From NCBI GenBank assembly GCA_002245135.1, contig NGBS01001163.1, positions 1 through 64,000 of the forward strand: a DNA stretch of 64,000 bases, read 5' to 3'. This DNA comes from Proteromonas lacertae (taxonomy: Eukaryota). Position 1 is the first letter of the stretch. Each line of letters opens with the position of its first letter. The position numbers were made by a program, and so were the translations under genes. Below, in pieces: positions 36,056-49,762 of the stretch. Below the pieces are notes generated by a model. The model was not told where the DNA came from and searched no databases. It saw only the letters and a list, made by a program, of their open reading frames with translations.

Positions 36056-36361
36056 TAAAAATATATACGAATACCTGATATTTCCATTATTTTGTTGAGG
36101 ATATTAATCAGATTTTTGTATGTAAGATTATTATGAAAATTTTCATACACCCAAATTTATAGAAATTATTTACATACAGGAAACAAGGTAGTATTGAAAT
36201 AATTGCGAGTTTTTATGACTTATTTTTACTTAACCTTAAAAATAAAACATTTTATATATCGTATATAATACTATTAAAAATTGCGATTGAAATTTGCATT
36301 AACTGTTATATACATTGATATAAATAATGATAAAAGATGATTTGCATTAACTATATAAATT

Positions 36362-37486
36362 TCATAATACATGATTAGCATATGCATTTGCATTTGCATT
36401 TTTACATACATTTATTGTTGTTGTTGCTGGTGGTGTTATATTTTCATTCCTAAAATGTTTTATAAAATTTTCAATTTTTTTAATTAATCTACAATAGCAG
36501 CATAATGTCTCATATTCATATTCTCTTTTTGTCTTTTTATATTTTATGAAGTGGTATCTAGGTCTATCATGATGTTCTCTATGGCATTTGAATAAATTAT
36601 TTCTATCAAATCCTTCTTCATAAGGTTTAAAGTAATCACCTAAATCTGTTACATATTTTATTTTCCCTTCTCTTATGAATTCTTTTGTACAATCTATACA
36701 TAAAGTCTCTTTGATATATATGAATAACAAATATTTAGCAACTTCATTTTTACAGTTTTTACATATATCTGTTTCATTAATAAATAATTCATAATCTTTT
36801 ACATCTTCATTACTTGCAATTCCACTTTTAGCTATAGGGGTATCATCATAATTACATAAACTTTTAATTATGTTTGTATTTTTATTTCTTTTTATAGGAG
36901 TTTTTCTATTTTCACTGTTGCAATGTTTGCGTTTTGCTTTTATATTAACACTTTCATATATTTCATGTATAGCATTATTATCTGGAAGTAAAGGTGGAGA
37001 TGATGAAGGTAAAGGAGAATAAGAAGGTAAGGCAGGTAAATTGTCATCTTCAACTCCATATCTCTGAAAATATTGTGGTTGAGATATATTTACACAATTT
37101 GAACTATTTAATGAAAACTGTGGTGATAGTGGAATATTTGAAGGAGGTGTTATTTGAGGTAAAGATAATGGCGAATTTGGAGGTGATAGTGAAAGTGGAG
37201 TTGAGGATAAAAAGTCATCTGTGTCTAGGGATGAAAGCGAAGGTGAAGGAGGTATTGAGGATGAAGGAGATAAATATAAATCTGTTATGGATAATGAAGG
37301 AGACTTAGGTGAAGATTGAATGGAGAATAATGCTGAACATTCTGATTCACTATCCGTATTACTTACAAAACTGTATGTTATCTGGCCCATAGTATCATCT
37401 TTATAATCCGTTTGTCTTTCACTTAACTCATGAATTTGAGTATCTTTTCTTTTAAACTTTATACTAGTCCAACCTCCTCTTATCAT
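36362..37486 (-). CDS. Cys/His-domain tandem family copy 3 (374 aa)
   Basis: Ser/Pro-rich N-terminus, KRKH, then CKNC..CIDC..DLGDYF..FKCHREHHDRP..HFIKY..CCYCR. Confidence 0.8.
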   Translation of the reverse strand: MIRGGWTSIKFKRKDTQIHELSERQTDYKDDTMGQITYSFVSNTDSESECSALFSIQSSPKSPSLSITDLYLSPSSSIPPSPSLSSLDTDDFLSSTPLSLSPPNSPLSLPQITPPSNIPLSPQFSLNSSNCVNISQPQYFQRYGVEDDNLPALPSYSPLPSSSPPLLPDNNAIHEIYESVNIKAKRKHCNSENRKTPIKRNKNTNIIKSLCNYDDTPIAKSGIASNEDVKDYELFINETDICKNCKNEVAKYLLFIYIKETLCIDCTKEFIREGKIKYVTDLGDYFKPYEEGFDRNNLFKCHREHHDRPRYHFIKYKKTKREYEYETLCCYCRLIKKIENFIKHFRNENITPPATTTINVCKNANANAYANHVL

Positions 37487-38000
37487 ATTAATGTTTTTCT
37501 TAACTAAGCCTTAGTTGTTAAGTCAAAATCTATCTAAATAACTTAGAAATGTCAAAAGTGAATTTTATTGGCTAAATTGTTATGAAACGAACTAATTTTC
37601 GATAACCCAATTAAAAAACATACACAACGGTAAAATATACAAAAATATAAAATAATAAATAGCAAAAACATTAGTGAGCTTTTATATCAATATTTCCTTA
37701 TCTTGTTGCATAAATATTTGCTTTATCTATATATATCTGCTTTGGGTGGTTGTATTTGCCACTCTTTTGATATATAGCTGTGAGAATAAAAAACATTAAT
37801 TATTTGATCTATAATTATTTGTAGATATTGAATGTTTAGAATAAACAATTTTTAAACTGAAATATCAATTGTGTACGACATGATGTCTTTATCTAAAATA
37901 TATTATTTGTTTCTATCTGCAAATATAAACTGAATAAAACAATAAATTAAAACACATATAAAACGCTAAATATTTTACAAAGTGTGGAGATTAAAATAAC

Positions 38001-38587
38001 TCATCCACTCTTATAGCTATTAATACTGTTTAAAATTGTTTCTATTATTTGATTAGCTTTTGGTTTATTTCTTTTTCTCTTACGAATATCTTCAATTCTC
38101 TTTATTAAACGACAACAACAACAATATTGTAAATATTTAAATGTATGTTGAGTAGATTGATATTTTAAAAAATGAGTTTTGGGTCTTGAATGATTTAATC
38201 TATCACATTTATAGAGTGTTATATTTTTATTATCAAATTTTTCTTCTTTTTCTTCAAAATAATCATCCAGTTCACATATATGTTGAATTGTTCCTTCTTT
38301 AACTAAATTTTCTGCACAGTCAATACAAATAATCTCGTTTTCATATACTAATAACATACTCTTACTTACCATCTCTTTACAATAGTGACATTCATTTGTT
38401 TGTTTAATAAATTCTTCATATTCTTTTATTTGATTAATTGCTGCATTATTTCCTGGATTTGGTTCTCCTCTTCTATTTTTACTTTTTATATCGTTGGTTC
38501 TTTTATATGTTTTTTTAGAATCTGTAAATTGTGTAATATTAGATTGTTGTTCTTGTGGTGGTGGTGGTGTATATTGTAGAGGAGGTG

Positions 38588-38637
<50 letters not shown>

Positions 38638-39191
38638 AGAAATTGTTGTAAAATGATTATATTTGTTTTACGAATTTTATTTTTTCTTTCATCATCTATT
38701 CTGTCATTACAATATTTCCTTTTCACTTTTTCTTCATTTTTATCCACAGAATGAGATATATTATTATAAGATACATCTTCATCTTTTTCATTTATTAATG
38801 TTCTAATTGATTTTGAAAGTTCTAATTGTGGTAATGATATATGAGGAGAAGGAGTAGAAGAAGGAGAAAGAGAGGAATTATTCTTTGTTGGTGGATGAAA
38901 ATTAGTATTTAGCATTTCATTGTTATTACTTGGAATAGGTATTCTCACCAAAATTACCTCACTATTTTGTCTTCCTATACGATTTACATCACTTGTATCA
39001 CAATCTCGTCCAGAATGCTGAAATAAGTTCGACATATCATCATTATAGTTATTATATGTTTCATCATGACATACATTAGTACAATTACTTAAATCATATC
39101 CATTTATATTATCAGTAGATGTATCACCTAATCTATTAGTAAAAGAGTTAGGTGTACAAATAACTTCTTCTGATTGTGATAAATAACTCAT
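38001..39191 (-). CDS. Cys/His-domain tandem family copy 4 (396 aa, polyQ)
   Basis: KRKY and polyQ, then CHYC..CIDCA..ELDDYFE..YKCDRLNHSRP..HFLKYQ..CCCCR. Confidence 0.8.
38589..38637. repeat. (TTG)n microsatellite encoding polyQ on the minus strand
   Basis: About 16 perfect units seen directly. Confidence 0.9.
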
Positions 39192-39381
39192 ACTTACATC
39201 ATAAAATTAAATATTTAAATTACTTATTTATTAAAAATTTTGGTAAACCAATTTCAAAAAAAACTATAGTGTTGTTAAGTTATATAATATAAAATAATGT
39301 TTATTAATTAGATTATGTTAGGCAGGAGCTAATTGTTGTGATAATAAAATATTCTTCATTTCATTTTCACTATTGCATTTA

Positions 39382-40610
39382 TTTTTTAGTTTTTTGATAT
39401 TTAATGAAATGGGTTATAGGTCTAGCATGTTCTAATCTTTCACATTTATATATTTTATCTCTATCAAATTTAATTCTTGTTCATAATAATCATCTAAATT
39501 TACTTTAAAGATTATTCCTTCTTTAATAAACTCTTCTGCACAACGCAAGCAGACTATATAACCCATTACTATAAACACAATATTCTCACCTACATCTTCT
39601 TTACTATTACTACATTTCTCTTTCTTTTGTAATAATTCCATATAATTCATCATATCTTCATCATCTACATATTGCTTGTCTTTTTGCAAGTTGTTTTGAG
39701 TCTATACTTATTTGGATTATTTTGTATATCTTGTTGTATTAGCACTCTAATACTTTATTTTATCTCATTTTTATGTAATAGAGGTGTGTCTCATCATCAC
39801 GAATAGTTTTTCTTTTAACTTTTTCAACTAGTGGAAGTTGTTTTTGCTTTTTCATTCGATTTTCTCTTAATACTAATTGGTGATGTGTAAGAATCTATCA
39901 TTCCATCCGCTTGATGTATATTATGAATATTTGTATTATCATTTACTTCATCTCATTTATTGATGTTGATGAATTTAATGGATGTATTAAAATGTCATTA
40001 GATATATGAACAAGACTTTCTCCTCTTTCTGTATCATTTCCATTTGAAGAAGATGAAGGTGAAGGAGAATTAGCAGGCAATGGAGTTTCATTATCATCTT
40101 TATCAATTCCTTCTTCATATTGATTTGATGTATGAAAAGGTGGAACTTGGTTTTTATTATATTTTTTAATCTTCTTCCCTGTAGATATAAATGATTTAGC
40201 TGGTTTTGCATAACTATTAGTTAAAGATGTATTACCTCCTTGTGTTTGATATTGAGTTTTTGTGCTATATTATTATCGCTGTTTATAGATTTAACTATCA
40301 CATCTTCTTCTTTTTTTTTCTCAGTATTTATATCATAATTACCTTCATTAATCTGACCATCTCTTTGAGAATCATTAACTGCATATAAGTCGTTATTTTT
40401 TACCTCTGCTTTTTTAAACTCACATAATAATAGCTGTTGATACATAATATTACTAACATCATATCCGTTTGGCATTTTAGCAGAAATATAACCATACCTA
40501 TTTATAGGTAAGTGAAATACATCAATATATCCACAATCTTCAGCGACTAACTGTGACATATTATTAATATTACAAGTTTCATATTCAACACATAATCCAT
40601 TTACGTTCAT
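39382..40610 (-). pseudogene. Cys/His-domain tandem family copy 5, heavily degenerate
   Basis: CLRCA..NLDDYYEQ, then frameshifted YKCERLEHARPITHFIKYQKTKK*; the upstream part is fragmented. Confidence 0.65.
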
Positions 40611-40789
40611 TTTTAATTCAAAACAGTAAAATCAAATTGTGAAACGATCAAATTTTTTTACTGCAGAAGTTGCATGCAAGTTTATGTATTCTATATTGAA
40701 CAATACAACAAATCTCTAAAAATTATGATTATATATAAAAAATCATTTTTAAATACTAAAAATAATTAATATTTACCTTCTAACAACCA

Positions 40790-41972
40790 TTAACCATCAT
40801 AACCACTTCCATATCCACTTATATTACTTTCTCTTTCTTCATTTACACTGTTGTAAGGTCGAGGGAATAATATTTTTTCATTATAATTATTATTCTCATG
40901 ATCACTTAAATAAGGGGGAGTAGCAGTAATTGACAAATCAACTTGAGTTTCACTTGATATCATTTGACTATAATCAACAGATCCTTTTCGAACTATTGGA
41001 AATGGACAAATATGACCTTTCTTACATTGATGACATCTACTACATAAATACCTTTTACCTCCTTCACTTTTATTTGTATCACTACTATTATTTCCATTGA
41101 TATTTGGAGAACCTTGTTGATTCAAACCTAAGTTATGGTTGATTATGGCAAATGCTGCACTACTATCAGATTGACTTCTGGTATGAGAATATCTCATTAA
41201 TGGAGTTAAATTACTTTTACTTCTTCGATGTCTTGATGATTGTTGAAGCGGAAATGAGGATGGTTGAAGTGGTGGTGTAGATTGCTGAGGTTGGGGAGGT
41301 AATGATGCTGATAATGGTTGGTGATACTGAGATATACTAATATTAGGGGTTTGAAGTAATGATTGTTGTTGTTGTTGTTGTTGAAATAGTAATTGTTGTT
41401 CCTGTTGTTGACGTTGTATAGCTTGCAGTTGGATTTGTTGTTGCTGCATGAATTGTTGTTGGATTTGTTGTTGTTGGAATTGAGGTTGTGGAGGAGGAAG
41501 TGGAGGTGGTATTGATTGAATTGGAATAACTGTTGTTGATGTTGTTATTATTGGTTGCTCTATTGGTTGTTGTTGTTGTTGTTGTTGGTAAGGCATTTGT
41601 GACAATTGTTGTTGTATCTGGTGTGATTGGTCAAAAGAGAAATCGTTGCTATTATTGTCTATAGAAAAAATAATATTAATGTGTCGAGTTATACTAGGAA
41701 TGCTTAAAACACCATCTGGTGATTGCATCCTATCTGGAGAAAACGGATACAAAATTCCTGCTTCATTATCGATTTCTAATCTATCTACTGTTGGACTGAT
41801 AAACATATGTGAATTATCGTCAAGAGGTAAATTAGATAGACTCATTCCTAAATCTGATAATTCGTCTGGTGGTCCTATCAAAGCTCCTTCATCATTCATC
41901 CCAAAAGGATTTTCATATAATCCATAGTTGTCATCGTCCTAAATAATTATTCTATAAGTTATATACTTCCAT
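40790..41972 (-). CDS. Q/P-rich putative transcriptional regulator with a CxxC-x-KKGHxC zinc-knuckle-like motif
   Basis: Micro-exon ME plus a 28-nt intron (41939-41966); polyQ tracts; RYLCSRCHQCKKGHICP. Confidence 0.65.
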
Positions 41973-42151
41973 TATATTCCAATAAATTTTATTATTCTAC
42001 TAGTATTACTGTAAGTATAAAATCAAGGAAGTTATTGATTTATGTAATTTTAATAATGATTTTGACATTACCAATGTCACAAAAATGTCAGTTTCTAATT
42101 TAAAACTAAATAAAAAAGAAACAATAATATAAATTAAATAGATATATATAT

Positions 42152-45100
42152 TTAGAAAACTGAAGACATGAATTGGCATCCTTCTCCACTAAACCCATCA
42201 AAACATTCACATACACCACTTCCATAATTACATATACCTCTTCCACTACAATCTTGTTTTACATCACTATTTCCATTTGGATCAAGTGGATCTACACCAG
42301 AAGGACATTCAATTAAACTACAATCATATCCACGATGTCTTTTATCACATTTACAACCAAATAATTGATCACTAAATACAACTGTATTACTACCTGCTTC
42401 AACTTCATTTAAGGAATTTCCATATCCTTTATAATTCTTCAATTCTTCATTTGATAATAATTCACTTAATGGAACACATCGACCATTTCCATTACAATTA
42501 TTTGGACAAGCTGTTCTTTGACAAGCATTTCCAGTAAAACCATTATAACATTTACATAATCCACTTTCTCTATCACATTCTCCTTGACCACTGCATTCTA
42601 ATGGAACATGGGTAGTTGCTGTTGTTGTAAATTCTATTTCATAACCAATTATATCATCAGCTGGAATATTTGCTAATATTCTGATGTTTTTATTTTCTTC
42701 TTCAGATAATAATCTATCTTCTGGTTTAGATGTTGTAGTAGGTTCAGCTTCCATTGCAGTTATTGGAATTACTCCTGATAGAGTTAGTATCACTTTTCCA
42801 TTCTCACTATTTATATCCATTATTTGAAATGAACCTAATTCTACATAACTCAATGTGTGTATTTCTGTTATTCTTACATAACTTCCTATTATTATCATCT
42901 TTCTTGTTGTATCTTCAATCATTGTAATTGGAATATATAATCTATCATCTTTTATTGATAATCTACTTTTATCTTTTCCTTCAATATCATCATCTATTTT
43001 ACCTCTTCCTATTACTAATATCACACTTCCATCTAATTCTACTTCAGTATGAACTATATCTTCTTTCATTTCGACATATTTACCATACGAATAACTTCCA
43101 TCTTTATTCTTTCTTACATTATTAAATAAATCAGTTTCTTCAATATTTAATACTTTTCCATCTTCATTACTTAATAAATAACAAGTTGTGCCAATCTTGG
43201 GTAATTCTATTAATTTATCATTTTCATCTTTTGCTGCAAATTTAAATGTCATTGTTTCAGTTGATAATGACACTTCGATTGATGTGTTATACATTTTCAT
43301 CTTTTTATCTTCACCATCTAGACAGGCAAATGTCGCATATTCTGGAACTAAATATTCTTTTTCTCTAGTTTCACTGATAAATCCAATATTCATTAATATT
43401 GATTTATATCCAGTCCATACTATTTTTGTATCTCCATCATCATTTGATAATAAGAATCGATTCATTCCATTTTGATTTAATGATCGTTTAGTTCCATCAT
43501 ATTCAACTACAGATGGATTGAATAATGATAAATCATTACGAGTTGATATTATCTTATCACATTCTATATCACCAATATTGTAAAATATTACATCTTCTAA
43601 TCCTCTTCTTATTGATTTCTTTCCTTTTTCAACAATAGAATACTTAAATTGAATATAAATATTTTCATCTTTATCAAATGATTTTATATCTGCTGTTCCT
43701 AATACATCTATTTCATCTTTTGCAACTGGTGTTGGATAAATACCATCCTTCTTATAATTACATTGAATTGTTCCTCCGTATTTATTCATTCCTTTTGTTA
43801 ATTTAATTATTTCATCATTAGTAATATTATATAAATGTTTATTTTTATCTAGTGGTTGTACTGGATAATATGCACCTTCACTTGGTGATGGTGGTGTTTC
43901 ATTTGATTCAATTTCATTTCCTAAATCATTTGGTGATGTTCTAATACCATTTAATACAGTAACTGTAGCAGTAGGTAATGCAGGATCTATTGTTATTGTT
44001 GTTATAGGATCTGCCAATGATCTTCTTGTGGTAGTTTTAAATTCAACTTTCGTTATTGTTGTTTTAAATTCTGGTAATATAACATTACCTTCCTGTAATG
44101 TTAAATAAATGAATAATCCTTCTTGTAGATATAAACCAGATGTAACATCAAGTTTTCCTTTCAATGTTAAAGTATCATAAACATCACTACTACCTGTAGA
44201 AGAAGTTGCTTTTATTGTCTCTTCTGGTGTAATAATAACTATTCTTCCTTCTTCAGTAGTTGTGGTAATTTTACCTTCTTCACTTGTTGTGAATTTACCT
44301 ACTATATAAGTATTATTATCTTTTCGTATATTTATTCCTAAATCTGTTTCTAATATATCCATTCTATTACCTTTACTATCACTTAATATATAACATGTAC
44401 AAGCAGCAGTTGGATGTTGATTTTCATCAGTTAAGAATGTAAATGTTACAATTGAATTAGTTGCTGGTATTCCATTTTCTGCAGTTGTTTCTGTTTCTAC
44501 TGTTACATTTTCATATACTTTTAATTCACTTTTACCATTACTATCAGCTTTTTCAATACAACCAACATCAATAATTCTTTTATATACATTCTTAGTTTCA
44601 ATTAATTCAGTTTCATTTGGATAGAATCCTATGTCATATAATATTCTACCATAACCAGCATTCCATTCAAACTTATCATATGTTGTTTTAACTTCAGTAG
44701 GATTATAAAGTGATAAATCATTTCTTATTGATAAATATTTATCACACTTCAATTTACCAATATTACTTGGAGGAATACTATCATTAAATAAAACATATGT
44801 GCTTTGAATATCATTCAATACTTTTCCTTTCACATCAGCTTCATATACAGTATTAGTTGAATCAACACATTGTAATTTACCTCCATCAGATGGTAAATTA
44901 GGAATTATTTCAGTATTTAAATTATGTATTCTATAAATCTTATCACTACTACTTGGATTTAAAACCTCTCCTATTGATGGATTTGGCAATGATGAATAAC
45001 TATAAACTGGATATGTTCTAATATAATTTAAATATGTAAAACCATCAGCAACTTCAAATAAACTAGTAAATTGTATAGTTGATGCAGGAGCAGTACCACC

Positions 45101-47528
45101 TATAGTTCCAAGTGCAATTTTTTCTTCAATAATTATATTATCATAAACTAATGATAAATACACATTTCTTCCTTCAGACAATATTTCCTTTATAAAATTT
45201 TCATATCCTGATAATGTAATTAAACCTTTTTCTGAAGTAGTAGCTGTTTCATCAATTACTATTTTATTATCTGTTCCATCCATTGTAATAATTGTATTAT
45301 TATCTTCTCTATCAATTACTATATCTATCTTTGGATCAACTGCATTTTCTACTGCATTATAATAATAATTAATTGTTCCATTTTCAAACTTTTCTTCTCT
45401 TAAATTCTTACCTAAATCACTAGCCATTATATCAATACTTTCACCATAATTATTACTTATTAAATAACAAATATCACCTTCTTTTGGACTATTTTCATCA
45501 CTTGTACTAATTGTAAATGTTCCTTTCTTATAAGATCTTACAGTATAGAGAGTAATAACATCATTGTCTTTACCTTTACATGCAAATTTTGGTTTTTTAG
45601 TTTTTAATTTGAAATTCATATTACTTAATATCTCATCATATCCTTTCCACATTATTTCATTTTTAGTACTATCATAATTTCCTTCTTTAGTTTCATCCTT
45701 AATTGTAATTGTAATTGGATTAAATAATGATAAATCATTTCTTTTCATTATTACACTATCACATTCTTTTATTTTTGTTATATCATGCAATAATCTTGCA
45801 TCTACCACAACTGGAGGTGGGGTAATTTTATATTGATATTTAACATATGAATATAATACTCTTGAATCGTAATTCATTTTATATCCTTTTATATCAACTA
45901 CACCAAAAACTTCATTAGGAGTAGGAGATGTATCATCTAAGTAAGTACATTTTAATAATCCACCATACACTTCATCTAATTGTTTAACATATGTATCTTG
46001 ATTAAAATTATATAATTTATGTAATTTATCTTGATCTAATTCTACATTTTGTGTTAAATATGCTAAGTCTGATGGAAATGTTCTAACATATTGAAATATT
46101 GTATGTGAATCAATACCATCATCTTCTTTATCAATAAATGGTATTTCATTAAATTCAACCACTAATATATCATCATTAGTTAATGTTGATTTGGTTATTT
46201 CTACTGGATATTCGAATATTTGATAATAAACATTATCTTGTAATGTCAAATATACAGTTCGAGTTATATTCAAATATGTTTGAACTATTAACCAATTATC
46301 AGGATCAGCATTTATTAGATTTGACTTGGTTATTGACATTTTACCATTTGTTATTTTATCATTACTACCTCCAAATATAATAACCTTATGCTTTATATCA
46401 CCATTACTAGTCTCTACTACACTTGACTTAGATGAATCAGTTGAAACATATTTACCTATTTTCTTACCACTCTCATCTCTTAAATTCTTTCCTAAATCAG
46501 AATTTAGTAAATCTTCAGATAAAACACTGAAGATAATGCATTATCAAATGAATATCACTACCATCTACTTTAACTAACCAAATAACAAACACTATTAACA
46601 GGTAATTGGATTTGATGATCAAATGTGAATTTAATATCAGTATGTTTAGTTGCTTCTTAGTATCAAGATTTCTTCTTCTTCTTGTAGCAGGAATAGACAG
46701 CTTCAGGCATGAAGTGTAGACTATACTCAGAAAATGTTAATGATCTGACTTATCATAACATGCAAACTTTGGTATGTTGTTATAAGATCCGAAAATTTAC
46801 AGGAGTCAGCATCATTGCATTCATCTGGTATCAGTAAATCAATTGTTGTTCATATCTAATCAATATATCTGTAATATCCTTTCCATATTCTATTGTTGGT
46901 AGATACCAGCTATTACTTCAGTAGCATTAATCATCGTTAAATCAGTATGTTGAGATATTATTCTACATTCCAAATCTAAGTGAGTAATGCCATCAATAGT
47001 AGTATCAAATACAACATATGATCTAGATATTTTATCTTCTGGATTAGATCTTTCAAATCCCTTCACATCATGCTATTACTACTTTATCTTTATAAGTACA
47101 TTCTAATAAACCACCAATCACTGGTCTTTCTCCATTGAACTAATTAAATCTTTTTGAAAATCAGTAAATATATATAACTTATTCTCTACAACATCACCAT
47201 CAAGATTTCTTACATTGTTTGTTTTAGATTGACCTGATGATAAAATTCTACTATCTGTATTTATTACTGTGTCTGTATTACCTGGATATAGAGAATAAAC
47301 GGTTGAGAAAGGATTTCCAACGGGACACTTACGTAGACTGCAATCAATACCAGTATAACTCTCACTTTTACCATCTGTTGTTAATCCCACTTGAGTATAA
47401 CATGTACAACGGTCATCATCGTTACAAGTCCCATGACCACTACAACCGTTTGGACATGCGCTCAATACAATTGCAACAGTCATAAAAAACATAAAAACCT
47501 GTAAATGGATTTTTAAATGCTTGTACAT
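42152..47528 (-). CDS. Secreted EGF-like Cys-rich protein resembling stramenopile mastigoneme (Sig1/Ocm1-type) proteins, with large internal repeats; disrupted at about 46560-47120
   Basis: Signal peptide, then [25 protein letters not shown]-terminal [55 protein letters not shown]. Repeated RNDLSLxNP and CYLxS..DLGxNxR motifs. Confidence 0.7.
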
Positions 47529-47664
47529 TCAAAAAAAATGGATTTTAAAATTACAGATTTTCAATACGTTTAATGAAAATATATTCGTTTCACATTTCAA
47601 AAACATTTTAAATATAGAATTATAATTAAAAATTAATATATATATAATAAAAGACTTTTAAAAA

Positions 47665-48524
47665 CTATATATCTTCCTTCATCTCATCATCTATTCCATC
47701 ATTACTATTATCATTCTTTCCATCAACAAATTCAATCTCAATTCCTGAATAATTCATCTCCGATCGAGTGTAATCACCATCTTCACACTCTTCATCACCT
47801 TCATGATACTCACATTCAACTTCATCACTGTTACTTGAACCACAAATAAACGCATTTAATGGGTTTATTTCATTCATAACAGTTTGGTATAAATTCTCTA
47901 ATAATAACTTTATTTTGTTGTTTAAAAGTGTTTTTTTAGATACTTCTGTATTGTTTATCTCTGATATAAAGTATGACATCATGCTATTCTCGATTGTTGT
48001 GTTTTCAATCTTATTGATCTTTTTTATTAGTTTTTCAAACCCTTTTATATTCATAACTTCACTGTTTTCTATGAATTTTATTTCGTTGTCGATTTGTTTG
48101 GCTTTGTATAGTACTAGATACCATTTTGCTAGTCTAAATTGTTCATTTTTCTATTATAAATCATTCATATATGGAATATACTATAGTATCACTTCTTGAT
48201 TTTAATTCTAGTAGCTTTTTGAGTAAAGACTCCATAGATTCTACATATCCTTTATTTACTAGGTAAAGTTCTTTTTCTATATTTACAATAAACCTATTGA
48301 AATTATATATTAGGAATATACTTTCCGATTTCTATGTTGTCTTCCATAAACTCATATTCTCTGTTTTGATACCTTTCACTTTGACTGTTAATCTTATATA
48401 ACTGTAGTTTGAGTTTGTCATAATTAAGATAATAAATAGGTATAGTTTCTTTAGTTTGCGAACTCCTCTTTCTATAAAGATGAGAATAATAAGATGTATA
48501 CTCTAGCTCTTCTGAAAATTTCAT
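47665..48524 (-). CDS. Divergent stand-alone SPX-domain protein (spliced)
   Basis: MKFSEEL..YLNYDKLK and NIKGFEKLIKK; acidic tail. Confidence 0.7.
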
Positions 48525-48766
48525 ATAAATAGAACTAAATTTGTTAATAACAGAAATTAAATAAGTCTGTGTAAAGTGATAAACTAAAAAGAAATTAAGG
48601 AATTTTCTTATGGGGTGTGAAAAAACTATCCAACTGACATTCAACTTAAAATCAAAAAACACCATAATAACACAAAGAATTTACTAATATTAGTAATATA
48701 ACATAAAGGAAAGGATATATTAACGTATAAGGTTTTGATTACATTAGAAATGAAAAATATACTCTT

Positions 48767-49592
48767 TTAGACTTCTTCTCTAATTTCATTATTTAAAAGA
48801 CATCCACTATCTTCCTTCTCTGGATGGATTTTATTATAACTAGCTTTAATTGTAGTATGATAAACATCATTCAACATTTGCATATTTTCAGATGCTAGAC
48901 TATTAGATATATAAGTCGCATGCCTATTAGGAATTCCACAGAAAAAACTACAACAGCCACTAATTTCACTTGAAATTATATTCTCAAGATCAGTAAGCTG
49001 TTGTTCGAATCTCTCAATTACTAACTGATTGGCGAAGGGAGATGAATATACAATCGGTGAAAATTGAATACTTAAACCAGATTGATCTTTCTTTTCTAAT
49101 TTCTTCAAAATCTTTCTAAATCCAGTTAAATTTAATTCGATGAATTTAGCAAAGGTTTTATTATCATTTTGAAGTATATGAATTTTGTGTAACAAATACT
49201 TTCTTTTAATAGTTTTGAAATTTTCATGTCTTATTTCATTCATTCTGAATTCAATTATGTTGATTCGATTATTGATCGATTCAGATATGTTTTGATAAGA
49301 CTCGTTCACTAAACGCAGGTCATTATCGATAATAGCGAAGAATCTAAATTATATAAATATTAGTATAAGATGATATGTAATAATACTTTCCTATATTTAC
49401 ATTGTCTTCTGTATAATCATAGTTTTTGTTAAGATAGTTCGATCTCTCATCAACTGTTGTTTTAAGCATGTGTTTTAACTCATTATACCGAATAAAATAT
49501 ATTGGAAAGCTTGTCTTCAGCATATTTCTTTCTTTACTAGTTATAAATTACAAAACATAAAATCAATACATCAGCTGCTTTCCAAACTTCAT
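48767..49592 (-). CDS. Stand-alone SPX-domain protein (spliced)
   Basis: MKFGKQL, FIRYNELKHML and LNLTGFRKILKKLEK. Confidence 0.85.
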
Positions 49593-49762
49593 TTTAACTG
49601 ATTAACTGAGTAGTATAAAATTGAATTATGTCTCTATGACTAAGAATATTATTTTAATAAAAAACATCAAACAGTTTGTATTTTGTAACGAATCTTTTTG
49701 AATCGTTTTGATTCATTTCTCATTATTTTAGTAAGCATTCATTAAAAATATAAGAAATATAA

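Noticed and set aside
25760..42090. Short inverted repeats and TGACA/TGTCA words upstream of genes (TTATCAC..GTGATAA near 25766; TGACATT..AATGTCA near 42063)
   Set aside because: Too short to distinguish from chance in such AT-rich DNA without an enrichment test
46560..47120. Programmed recoding or cryptic introns explaining the dense frameshifts in the EGF-like gene (and at 17590-18090)
   Set aside because: The lesions are dense, irregular and local, which fits a poorly polished assembly segment or decay better
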